From positions 5,072 through 69,071 of the forward strand of contig CABZIF010000002.1 of the NCBI GenBank assembly GCA_902525735.1: 64,000 nucleotides of DNA, given 5' to 3'. Positions 27,484 to 35,842 of this stretch are shown one piece after another. Source of the stretch: an uncultured SAR86 cluster bacterium. Its GTDB lineage: Bacteria; Pseudomonadota; Gammaproteobacteria; Magnimaribacterales; AG-339-G14. The position numbers were made by a program, and so were the translations under genes. Every line of letters starts with the position of its first letter. Positions within the stretch are counted from its first letter, which is position 1. The notes under the pieces are model-generated. The model saw only the letters and a program-made list of their open reading frames with translations. It did no database searches and was not told where the DNA came from.

Positions 27484-28298
27484 TGGAAATAGACAAAAAA
27501 AAAGAAGAAGCTTCAGCCTGGTTTAGTTCACTTCGAGATAAATTTTGTTTAGCTTTCGAAGAAATAGATCCTGGTAGAAAATTTGAAAGAAAACTTTGGT
27601 CTCATAAAGGCTCAGGCGGAGGCGAAATAAGCATAATGCAAGGCAATATTTTTGAAAAAGTTGGAGTTAACATTTCAACTGTATCAGGAAAATTTTCAGA
27701 AGATTATAGATCACAAATTAAAGGTACAGAAAAATCTGCTAATTATTGGGCATCTGGCATTAGTTTGGTTGCTCACATGGCATCCCCAAAAATACCAGCA
27801 TTTCATTTTAATACTCGATTCTTGGTAACTGAAGACTCTTGGTTTGGTGGAGGAGCTGATATGACGCCGACTTTTGAAAATAAAAATGATACAGAAACTT
27901 TCCATAGAAAAATGAAAGAATCTTGCGATCCCACTGATAAAAATTACTACGAAGAATTTAAAAAAAATTGTGATGAATATTTCTATCTGCCTCATAGAGA
28001 TGAAGCAAGAGGAGTGGGAGGTATTTTCTTTGATCATTTAAATACGAATGACTGGGAAAAAGATTTTAATTTTATTAAAGAAGTTGGCAAAAAAACATTT
28101 GAGGCTATTTCTGAAATAGTAAATCTTCACAAAAATAAAGAATGGAATAATGAAGAGAAAGAAAAACAGCTTATAAAAAGAGGAAGATACGTAGAATTTA
28201 ATTTGATTTGGGATAGAGGAACGCTTTTTGGGTTAAAAACTGGAGGTTCCACTGAAGCAATACTTATGTCGATGCCACCTTCAGCAAAATGGAAATGA
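27483..28298 (+). CDS. hemF: oxygen-dependent coproporphyrinogen-III oxidase
   Basis: 271 aa. GGGEISIMQG.IFEK.GVN.S, HMASPKIPAFHFNTRF, WFGGGADMTP, RGVGGIFFD, GRYVEFNL..DRGT.FGL. TAATG overlap with hemH. Confidence 0.9.
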   Translation: MEIDKKKEEASAWFSSLRDKFCLAFEEIDPGRKFERKLWSHKGSGGGEISIMQGNIFEKVGVNISTVSGKFSEDYRSQIKGTEKSANYWASGISLVAHMASPKIPAFHFNTRFLVTEDSWFGGGADMTPTFENKNDTETFHRKMKESCDPTDKNYYEEFKKNCDEYFYLPHRDEARGVGGIFFDHLNTNDWEKDFNFIKEVGKKTFEAISEIVNLHKNKEWNNEEKEKQLIKRGRYVEFNLIWDRGTLFGLKTGGSTEAILMSMPPSAKWK

Positions 28299-28299
28299 A

Positions 28300-28824
28300 G
28301 TGAAAAAAAGTCTAATTATTTATTCATCTGTAGATGGGCATACTGAAAAAATTTCCAAAAAAATTTCTGAAAACCTTGTCCACTCACATGAAGTAGACTT
28401 AATTTCATTAGACGAAGTTAAAAGTAAAAATTTAAATGATTTTGATCAGATTGTTATCGGAGCTTCCATAAGGTATGGAAATTACCGTAAAGAATTATTT
28501 AAGTTCGTTGATGAAAATGTTGGGGTCTTGTCCCTAAAAGAAAATGCTTTTTTTAGTGTAAATGTCGTAGCCAGAAAAGAAGAGAAAAATAACAAAGACA
28601 CGAATCCTTACATTTCAAAGTTTTTGAAAAATACAAAGTGGAGTCCAAAAATAATTGATGTTTTTGCTGGAGTAGTCGATTATCCATCTTATAAATATTT
28701 TGATAAGTTCATGATTCGCTTAATAATGTTTATTACCAAAGGACCTACTAATACTAAAAATAGATACGAGTTTACCGACTGGAACAGAGTAAAGAAATTT
28801 TCGAGTTTGTTAGATAATCAATAA
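28300..28824 (+). CDS. hemG: menaquinone-dependent protoporphyrinogen IX dehydrogenase (flavodoxin-like)
   Basis: 174 aa with a GTG start. It is collinear with E. coli HemG, including VIGASIRYG.Y, F.SVN.VARK and the long-loop region YPSYKYFDKFMIRLIM. Confidence 0.88.
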   Translation: MKKSLIIYSSVDGHTEKISKKISENLVHSHEVDLISLDEVKSKNLNDFDQIVIGASIRYGNYRKELFKFVDENVGVLSLKENAFFSVNVVARKEEKNNKDTNPYISKFLKNTKWSPKIIDVFAGVVDYPSYKYFDKFMIRLIMFITKGPTNTKNRYEFTDWNRVKKFSSLLDNQ

Positions 28825-28825
28825 A

Positions 28826-29236
28826 ATGTTAGTTTTAAAAATAATTTGGTGGTCTTTATTCATTGGAAGCGCCATCGCTTCTATAGGTTCTTTTACTAAC
28901 GAAAAAGCTAATTCCATGGGGCGATTAAAAAATTATGCTGGGATATTTTTCTTAACGATATTCGTAATTACTTATTTTCTAGGAACTTTTTTTAATTTTA
29001 TTCCTGAAATTTTGACTATTTTATATGATTTATTTTATTGGATTTTTACATTTTCTGCCTTTTTACAAATCTTATGGTGGTATATTTTTGTTGGGAGTTT
29101 TTTTGTCAGTATGAGTTTATTTCTTTCATTGATTTCAAGAGAAGAAGGTCCAAAAGAAAGATTTGGTCTAAGTTTTGTATCTGGTTTTATTTGCATTCTG
29201 ACTTTTTTGTTAGGAATGTATTTAGGATACGTTTAG
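28826..29236 (+). CDS. hypothetical 4-TM membrane protein with internal 2x(2-TM) duplication
   Basis: 136 aa starting 1 nt after the hemG stop. The two halves share LKIIWWSLFIGS...F and LQILWWYIFVGS...F. No family is recognised. Confidence 0.55.
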   Translation: MLVLKIIWWSLFIGSAIASIGSFTNEKANSMGRLKNYAGIFFLTIFVITYFLGTFFNFIPEILTILYDLFYWIFTFSAFLQILWWYIFVGSFFVSMSLFLSLISREEGPKERFGLSFVSGFICILTFLLGMYLGYV

Positions 29237-29245
29237 ATTTTTAAA

Positions 29246-30376
29246 TTAAAGCTCGGTAGCTAATTCCATAAATTTTTTCTTTAGCGGCGACACTTTATTG
29301 GCAATGTTAAAAGCAGTATTTCTAAATAATTTAACCCAAATATTTTTTTGGCTAAAACCCCTTTTAAAAGCTTCCATGCTAGCTGCAAGTCCTAAGTTGA
29401 TCGGTATCCTTTTTCGATTATAGGATGAAGTTATTTCTTTTATTTTTTCTAGTCCATTTAATTTTATCAATTCTGATAAACATTCAACATCTCCGATACC
29501 AGCATTAAGTCCAAGGCCAGCCAAGGGATGGATATGGTGCGCGGAATCTCCAACTAGAAAAACGCCATTTTTTGCAAAAGTTTTAGCCGAAAGATGATTT
29601 AAGGGAAAATGTTGTCTTTTTGAAAGCATTTCTAATTTGCCAATCTGTTCACTAAATTTATTTTTAACTTCTGCAGTAAATTCATTCTCAGACATAGAAA
29701 TAAATTTATAAGAAACATCATCATCTATTGACCAAATCATAGTAGATTCATCTTTCTTAATTGGAAGAAGGGCAAGAGGCCCAATAGAAGTGAAGGTTTG
29801 CTTAATACAACTATCATTAATTTCAGTTTTAAAATTTGTAACTATTGCAGTTTGATTGTAACTCCAAGATCTAAAATCAATTCCTGACAATTCTCTTACT
29901 TTCGAATTCATGCCATCACATCCAATTATCATTTTAGTTTTAAGAGTTTGTTTACTGGTTTTGCAAACAATTTCATCTAATGAGTAATCAATTTTGAGAA
30001 GAGCTTCTCCCCAAAAATTTTCAACATTATTTTTTTGAAATTGTTCTATTAAATTTTTTTGAATTTCTCCTTCTCTTACAATAAAGCCGAGATTAGGCAA
30101 ATTTGCTTCTTTGGCATTAAAGTCAATAAAACCAGTACCCTCTTGATCCCAAACTTTTATTTGTTCATAAGGAAAAGCAGAATTCTCAATTTTTTTCCAA
30201 ACATCTATTCCATCTAAAAAAGCTTTACTTTTTTGGTTAACTGAAAGATGTCTGTAGCTATTTGGAAAAGTTTCTCTCGAATCGATTATTGCTACTTTAT
30301 AGCCTAGTTGTGAAGTTTTAATCGCTAAAGCTGAACCAACAACTCCTGAACCAATTATTAATAAATCAAAGCTCAT
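29246..30376 (-). CDS. ubiH: FAD-dependent ubiquinone-biosynthesis hydroxylase (UbiH/UbiF/UbiI family)
   Basis: 376 aa. N-terminal FAD motif DLLIIGSGVVGSALA, VGCDG-like GCDGMNS, GDSAHHIHPLAGLGLNAG. It lies downstream of pepP, as in E. coli. Confidence 0.8.
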   Translation of the reverse strand: MSFDLLIIGSGVVGSALAIKTSQLGYKVAIIDSRETFPNSYRHLSVNQKSKAFLDGIDVWKKIENSAFPYEQIKVWDQEGTGFIDFNAKEANLPNLGFIVREGEIQKNLIEQFQKNNVENFWGEALLKIDYSLDEIVCKTSKQTLKTKMIIGCDGMNSKVRELSGIDFRSWSYNQTAIVTNFKTEINDSCIKQTFTSIGPLALLPIKKDESTMIWSIDDDVSYKFISMSENEFTAEVKNKFSEQIGKLEMLSKRQHFPLNHLSAKTFAKNGVFLVGDSAHHIHPLAGLGLNAGIGDVECLSELIKLNGLEKIKEITSSYNRKRIPINLGLAASMEAFKRGFSQKNIWVKLFRNTAFNIANKVSPLKKKFMELATEL

Positions 30377-31675
30377 CTATGAAGCCATAACTTTTTCAAT
30401 TTCTATTATTGTTTTTGGAACTGAAGAAGTTAAAACCTCTGGATCACCTTCAGTTACTAAAACATCATCTTCAATTCTTATCCCAATATTTAAATATTCC
30501 TTTGGAACATTTTTGAGATTTTCTTTGAAGTAGATTCCTGGTTCGATTGTAGTAATCATGCCAGGTGCATATTTTCTCCATTTTCCATTTAGACCATAAC
30601 TACCTACATCATGAACATCCATTCCCATCCAGTGACCAACTCTGTGCATATAAAAATCTCGATAAGCTCCCTTTTCAATTAATTCATTTAATTCTCCATT
30701 TAAGATACTTAAATCAACTAAACCTTGAGTAATTATTTCTATTGCTTTTTTTTCTGTTTCGTTAGGAGTAAGGTCCTTTTTCACTGTCTTAATACACTCT
30801 TTATTTGCTGCTAAAACAATTTCATAAACTGCTTCTTGAGCCTTTGAAAACTTGCCATTAATTGGGAAGGTTCTCGTAATATCGCTGGCATATCCATTCA
30901 ACTCACATCCCGCATCAACAAGAACTAAATCTCCATCCATAAGTAGATCTTTATTTTCATTGTAATGAAGAATACAAGCATTTTTTCCTCCACCAACTAT
31001 AGATGGATAAGCGCAATTTCTAGCACCCTTTTTCATGAACTCGTGAATATATTCAGCTTCTAATTGATACTCATACATTTGAGGACAAACATTCCGCATG
31101 GCCCTTATATGTGCAGCAGATGATATTTCACATGCTTCTCTAATTGTTTTTATTTCTTCTTTAGTTTTGAATAATCTAATTTCATGTAAAAGCGAGTCAA
31201 TAGAGTGAACTTCCTCTGGAACAAAATTATTTGTTCTTGAATTAGTTTTCTTTAACAAAGTTAAATTTTTATTAACTTCATCTTCTAAAATAATATTCAA
31301 ATTTTTCTGAAAATAAATTCTTTCTTTATTTATTAAAAATTTAGGTATTTCTTTGTTGAATAATTCAATTGAAAAACCTGACTTTGCTCCAATTTTTTTA
31401 CAATTTCTTGGCCCCATCCTATTTCCTTCCCATTGTTCCTTTGAAGGGTCTTTGTCTTGGCAGAAGATGGTAAATTCTCCTGAATCATCAGATTCTATTA
31501 TTGCAACAGCATTGGGTTCATCAAAACCAATGAGATAAAGAAAATCACTGTTTTGACGGAAAGGAAATTCTACATCCCCATTCCTTATTTGAGTATTTGA
31601 GCCAAAAATAATTGCCAAAGAATTCTTAGGCATTTTTGAAACTAATTTTTTTCTTCTTTCCAAATATTCATTCAT
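30377..31675 (-). CDS. pepP: Xaa-Pro aminopeptidase
   Basis: 432 aa M24B peptidase. VDAGCELNGYASDITRTFP, HRVGHWMGMDVHD, EPGIY, IRIEDDV metal ligands. Confidence 0.9.
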   Translation of the reverse strand: MNEYLERRKKLVSKMPKNSLAIIFGSNTQIRNGDVEFPFRQNSDFLYLIGFDEPNAVAIIESDDSGEFTIFCQDKDPSKEQWEGNRMGPRNCKKIGAKSGFSIELFNKEIPKFLINKERIYFQKNLNIILEDEVNKNLTLLKKTNSRTNNFVPEEVHSIDSLLHEIRLFKTKEEIKTIREACEISSAAHIRAMRNVCPQMYEYQLEAEYIHEFMKKGARNCAYPSIVGGGKNACILHYNENKDLLMDGDLVLVDAGCELNGYASDITRTFPINGKFSKAQEAVYEIVLAANKECIKTVKKDLTPNETEKKAIEIITQGLVDLSILNGELNELIEKGAYRDFYMHRVGHWMGMDVHDVGSYGLNGKWRKYAPGMITTIEPGIYFKENLKNVPKEYLNIGIRIEDDVLVTEGDPEVLTSSVPKTIIEIEKVMAS

Positions 31676-31730
31676 GGCAAGTATTTTATATTATTGTGGC
31701 TTCTCTTCTAGCAGAAGACTAAAATTAAGT

Positions 31731-31919
31731 ATGCCTAAAGATAATTTAGAAAAAAATCTTAGTGAACTTTTAGATTTATCAAAAAAATTACGTGAAGCAA
31801 ATAAAGATTTAAGAAATAAAAATTCAAAACTGAATTTAGAAAATAAAAACTTAAAAGAAAAGCTTGAATTAACCAAAAATAAAATTGAAAATCTAATAAA
31901 TAAATTGGAGTCTATATGA
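31731..31919 (+). CDS. small coiled-coil protein (ZapB-like/TIGR02449-like) upstream of zapA
   Basis: 62 aa from the internal ATG at 31731, with heptad-rich sequence (LRNKNSKLNLENKNLKEKLELTKNKIENLINKLE). The ORF-track start at 31674 would overlap the divergent pepP start. Confidence 0.5.
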   Translation: MPKDNLEKNLSELLDLSKKLREANKDLRNKNSKLNLENKNLKEKLELTKNKIENLINKLESI

Positions 31920-32281
31920 GCGATGAAGAATCAAAAGATATCATATCTTTAAAAATAGCGGGAATTGATTATCAACTATATTGTCCAGAAGAAGAACAAG
32001 TAGCATTACTGGAAGCAGCTGATTACCTAAATAAAAAAATTAAAAAACTGAAAAGACAAACAAAATTTCTTTCAGTTGAAAAAGTAGCTCTCTTAGCAGG
32101 TTTAGAAATTACAAATGAAATGATGAACGAGTCTAATAAAGAAACTGAATCTAAATCTAAAGCAACCAATAATGAGACTAAGAAAAATACCGACGTTTCT
32201 GAAGATCCAAAAAAAGAAATAGTTGACGATAGCTTGAGTTTAAAGTTAGTAGATGAAATATCTGAGCTATCCAAGCTTTAA
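31916..32281 (+). CDS. zapA: cell division protein ZapA
   Basis: 121 aa. ...LKIAGIDYQLYCPEEEQVALLEAADYLNKKIKKLK...VALLAGLEITNEMM is the ZapA fold signature. It sits immediately upstream of ssrS. Confidence 0.85.
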   Translation: MSDEESKDIISLKIAGIDYQLYCPEEEQVALLEAADYLNKKIKKLKRQTKFLSVEKVALLAGLEITNEMMNESNKETESKSKATNNETKKNTDVSEDPKKEIVDDSLSLKLVDEISELSKL

Positions 32282-32295
32282 ATTTTGTTATAATT

Positions 32296-32474
32296 TTTTT
32301 GCTTCCTGGGTTATTTGCCAATTGAATAACACTTTGAGCCGATACAAAATAAATAGGGAATTTGATACTAACTCCTGTTGAGCGCCCACTAGGGCAGCCT
32401 GATGGAAAGAGATTCTTCCCGACCTGAACTTTCGGTTCAGGGAAATTCAATAGCGGTAACTTGGGAAAGCCTTG
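32296..32474 (+). ncRNA. ssrS: 6S RNA (ends approximate)
   Basis: It lies between zapA and ygfA, as in E. coli. It contains the conserved UGAGCCGAUA segment and the GACCUGAAC-UUUC-GGUUCAGGG hairpin equivalent to E. coli CCUUGAACCAAGGGUUCAAGG. The closing stem GCUUCCUGGGUUAUUUGCCAAUUGAA pairs with UUCAAUAGCGGUAACUUGGGAAAGC. Confidence 0.8.
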
Positions 32475-32478
32475 AGCA

Positions 32479-33051
32479 ATGACTAAAAAAGAAGCTAGAA
32501 ATCTTGTAAATAAGTGTTTCGCCAACCTATCAGCAAAAGAAAAAAAAAATTTCGACGATAGAATTTTAAGTAACTTTATAAAATTCGTAGATACCAATAA
32601 GTATAAAAAAATAGGGTCTTATTTTTCACTCCACAATGAAGTGAATACTGTATATCTGAATGATTATTTAACAAAGGCAGGAATTCAAATATTCTTACCA
32701 AAACTACCAAAAGATAGAAATAATAAAAAATTAAATTTTTTTAAATATTTAAAAACCGATAAATTTACTAAAAATAGATTTGGTATCCTCGAACCTTCAA
32801 AAAATATGAATCCCTTAGATATAAATGAGCTAGATTTAATATTAGTACCTCTTAGAGCTATAAATAAAAATCTTTACAGATTAGGATTTGGTGGGGGATT
32901 TTATGATAATTCCTTAGCAGAAATTAACTCAAATAAATGCTTGGGTTTAGGATACGAATTTCAAATTTTAGACGAATTCGATATCGAACCACATGATTTA
33001 AAATTAGGAAGGTTGCTAACTCCTGAAGGTTACTTTAAAAACGCTTTATAA
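32479..33051 (+). CDS. ygfA: 5-formyltetrahydrofolate cyclo-ligase
   Basis: 190 aa. GSYFSL..E, ILVPLRAINKNLYRLGFGGGFYD motif. It lies directly downstream of ssrS. Confidence 0.8.
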   Translation: MTKKEARNLVNKCFANLSAKEKKNFDDRILSNFIKFVDTNKYKKIGSYFSLHNEVNTVYLNDYLTKAGIQIFLPKLPKDRNNKKLNFFKYLKTDKFTKNRFGILEPSKNMNPLDINELDLILVPLRAINKNLYRLGFGGGFYDNSLAEINSNKCLGLGYEFQILDEFDIEPHDLKLGRLLTPEGYFKNAL

Positions 33052-34562
33052 CCAGCGTTTTCTGAAACTCTCGTAAAAGGATATTCTGTATTTAATAAGT
33101 CTTTATTGAGTTTATTCAATTGTGAGCTTTTAATAGAAAACCCAACTAAAGCGCCACCATAGATTGATCCTTGATTTTTATAATGAAAAAGCGAGATATT
33201 CCACTTGTCCTTCAATAAATCTAAAAATTGCATTAGGGCACCGGGCCTTTCAGGAAAGTCAACTTTAAAAACTTCTTCCGTTTCTCCATTTGATAGTTCA
33301 GGAGCTCTTCCACCTGACATGTATCTTAAATGTACTTTAGATATCTCGTCATCACTTAAATCTGTGATTTTATATTTTTTGAGTTTCATAGATTTAATAA
33401 AGGATTTTTTTTCTTTTTCTCCTTTATTAAATTCTAATCCAAGAAGAATTTTTGCTTCCTGTGTTTTGTCAAGTCTATAGCTAAATTCAGTAATATTTTT
33501 TTGACCTATAGATTTGCATAATTTTCTGAATGTTCCTTTTTTTTCAGGAATATTTATTCCAAAAATCATCTCTTTCTTCTCACCCATTTTTGATCTTTCA
33601 ACAATATGAGCAAGAGATTCAAAATTTAAATTAGATCCGCAGTAAGTCGCAATCAAATTTTTATTTTTTATCTTTTTGTTTATTACATATTTTTTTAATC
33701 CTGCTAGAGCTAAAGCCCCTGTTGGTTCAGGAATAGTGCGAGTATCAATGAAAGTATCCTTTACAGCCGCGCAAATTTCGTCGGTACTGACAGTTATAGA
33801 ATCATCAATCCATTCTGTAATTAATTTGTAATTATGCTTACCGATTTGTTTAGCAGCTGCTCCATCAGCAAATAAACCCACTTCTTTGAGTTTTATTCTT
33901 CTATTTGCTTTTAAAGAGCTATTAAGACCCGCGGCGTCTGCAGCTTCAACAGCAACTATTTTTATTTTTGGATCAACAGTTTTAATATATGCGCCCATGC
34001 CAGAAATTAAACCGCCACCTCCAACTGCAATAAAAATAATATCAATTTTTTTATTGAATTGATCTAAAAGTTCTTTTCCAATTGTTCCTTGTCCTGCAAT
34101 TACAAATGGATCATCAAATGGATGAATAAAGGGTAAGTTTTTGATTTTACAAAAAGTTAAGGATTCCTCTAAAGCTTCATCAAAATTATCTCCTACTAGA
34201 ACAATTTTTGCGCCATAACCTTTAACAGATTCAACCTTTATTGAGGGAGTCGTTTTCGGCATAAAAATGGTCGACTTAATTTTCAAGCTTTTAGCAGAAT
34301 AGGCAACACCTTGAGCATGGTTTCCAGCTGAGGCAGTAACTACATGTTTTGTGTTTTCTCGTTCAACTAAATTAGAAATTTTGTTATATGCACCCCTAAT
34401 CTTAAAAGAGTGTGTAGGCTGAAGATCTTCTCTTTTCAAATATATTTTGTTAGAAAATTGTGAAGAAACACTTTCTGCTTTTGTAATAGGAGTTTTTATT
34501 GCGACATCATAAACTTTAGATGAAGATATTTTGTCTAGGTACTTTTTGCTATATTTATTCAT
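33030..34562 (-). CDS. ilvA: threonine ammonia-lyase, biosynthetic (two ACT-like regulatory domains)
   Basis: 510 aa. The PLP-lysine motif is LKREDLQPTHSFKIRGA, with SAGNHAQG and GGGGLISG. The long C-terminal regulatory region is typical of IlvA. Confidence 0.93.
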   Translation of the reverse strand: MNKYSKKYLDKISSSKVYDVAIKTPITKAESVSSQFSNKIYLKREDLQPTHSFKIRGAYNKISNLVERENTKHVVTASAGNHAQGVAYSAKSLKIKSTIFMPKTTPSIKVESVKGYGAKIVLVGDNFDEALEESLTFCKIKNLPFIHPFDDPFVIAGQGTIGKELLDQFNKKIDIIFIAVGGGGLISGMGAYIKTVDPKIKIVAVEAADAAGLNSSLKANRRIKLKEVGLFADGAAAKQIGKHNYKLITEWIDDSITVSTDEICAAVKDTFIDTRTIPEPTGALALAGLKKYVINKKIKNKNLIATYCGSNLNFESLAHIVERSKMGEKKEMIFGINIPEKKGTFRKLCKSIGQKNITEFSYRLDKTQEAKILLGLEFNKGEKEKKSFIKSMKLKKYKITDLSDDEISKVHLRYMSGGRAPELSNGETEEVFKVDFPERPGALMQFLDLLKDKWNISLFHYKNQGSIYGGALVGFSIKSSQLNKLNKDLLNTEYPFTRVSENAGYKAFLK

Positions 34563-34630
34563 AGTGATAACAGGAGCAAAGCATTATACTTTTAGATATA
34601 TTAAGTTCCAGTAAATTAAACTAAGCATAA

Positions 34631-35287
34631 ATGACATCAAAAGAATTAGTAGCTTCTTATACCTATGAGCTTGTCAAAAATAAGTTTCACAAAGACTTTA
34701 TTTTGGGTATTGGCACAGGCTCTACGGCAAACTGTTTTATTGAAATTATTAAAAAAGAAAAGCCAGAAATAAAAGCTTTGGTTTCCAGTTCTGAAGCAAG
34801 TAGTAACATTTTAAGATCTGAGGGGTTTGAAATTTCAGAATTAAATGATGTTGGAGGACCAGATCTATATGTTGATGGCGCAGACGAAGTTAATGATAAA
34901 TTTGAATTGATAAAAGGCGGGGGAGGTGCGCATACAAGAGAAAAAATCGTTGCTGCAGCTTCAAGAGAATTTATTTGCATTATTGATGACAGTAAAATTG
35001 TAAAAAAATTAGGAGCTTTTCCTTTAGCAATTGAAGTTATACCTTCGGCTAGAAGCTATGTTGCTAGACAAATTGTCGCAATGGGAGGAAAGCCAACATA
35101 TCGAGTAGGATTTGTTACGGATAATGGTAACCAAATAATAGACGTAATTAATTTGAATTTTGATGTTCCTTACGAAACCGAGATTAGATTAAACAGAATT
35201 CCTGGAGTTGTAGATAACGGTATCTTTGCTACAAGAAAAGCAGATAAAGTTATTAGCGCTGATTCATCTGAGGCAAGGTGCTTATAA
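34631..35287 (+). CDS. rpiA: ribose-5-phosphate isomerase A
   Basis: 218 aa. LGIGTGSTANCF, VDGADEV, KGGGGAHTREKIV. Confidence 0.92.
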   Translation: MTSKELVASYTYELVKNKFHKDFILGIGTGSTANCFIEIIKKEKPEIKALVSSSEASSNILRSEGFEISELNDVGGPDLYVDGADEVNDKFELIKGGGGAHTREKIVAAASREFICIIDDSKIVKKLGAFPLAIEVIPSARSYVARQIVAMGGKPTYRVGFVTDNGNQIIDVINLNFDVPYETEIRLNRIPGVVDNGIFATRKADKVISADSSEARCL

Positions 35288-35842
35288 AAGCAATTCTAAA
35301 TTTTTTATAACTTCTGGGCTATTTGGCTCTACTTTGCTAGAGAAAGTGTTAACTACATTTCCTTCTTTGGAAATTAAATATTTAGTGAAGTTCCATGATG
35401 GTTCTGAACCAGATATTTCGAAGATTTGCTTATAAAATGAATTGGCTTTGTTGCCTGTAACACTAGACGTAGCGAAAAGAGGGAAAGAAACTCCATAATT
35501 TGTACTACAGAACTCTTTAACATCTCCTTCATCGCTAAATTCTTGAAACATAAAATCTCTTGATGGAAATCCTAAAATTACAAAATCTTTTTCTGCATAT
35601 TCTTTATATAAAGCTTGTAAACTTTCGTACTGATAAGTAAAGCCGCATCTACTTGCGACGTTAACTGCTAAAATTACTTTGTCTTTGTATTTGCATAGAT
35701 TTTCGGTTTTATTTGAGTCCAAAACTCTAAGTTCGTGATCAAGCAATTCGGGACATTCACTAGTACTTTCGCTGGATTCAGAAAAAACTAAACCAGTAAA
35801 AAAAAGAATTAAATTTAGAGAAATAATTTTTATTAGTTTCAT
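35282..35842 (-). CDS. glutathione peroxidase (Cys-type, secreted)
   Basis: 186 aa with a signal peptide. VNVASRCGFTYQYESLQALY, LGFPSRDFMFQE, WNFTKYLI motifs. Confidence 0.88.
   Translation of the reverse strand: MKLIKIISLNLILFFTGLVFSESSESTSECPELLDHELRVLDSNKTENLCKYKDKVILAVNVASRCGFTYQYESLQALYKEYAEKDFVILGFPSRDFMFQEFSDEGDVKEFCSTNYGVSFPLFATSSVTGNKANSFYKQIFEISGSEPSWNFTKYLISKEGNVVNTFSSKVEPNSPEVIKNLELLL

Noticed and set aside
28826-29236. Idea that the 4-TM protein after hemG is HemJ (the alternative protoporphyrinogen oxidase)
   Set aside because: HemJ is also a small 4-5-TM protein. However, this sequence has no His residue at all and so lacks the conserved heme-ligand His in TM1. It also shows no resemblance to the HemJ sequences I remember, and HemG is already present.
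29038-29244. 68-aa plus-strand ORF in an alternative frame of the 4-TM gene
   Set aside because: It is nested in the longer membrane-protein ORF, which shows an internal duplication and tight coupling to hemG. The alternative frame has no features.
32178-32597. 139-aa minus-strand ORF spanning the zapA end, the spacer and the ygfA start
   Set aside because: It overlaps two good CDS and the 6S RNA, and it has no protein-like motifs. The region is explained by ssrS.
35282-35842. Possible selenocysteine-type glutathione peroxidase
   Set aside because: The active-site residue is an ordinary Cys (VASRCGFT) within an uninterrupted ORF. There is no in-frame TGA.
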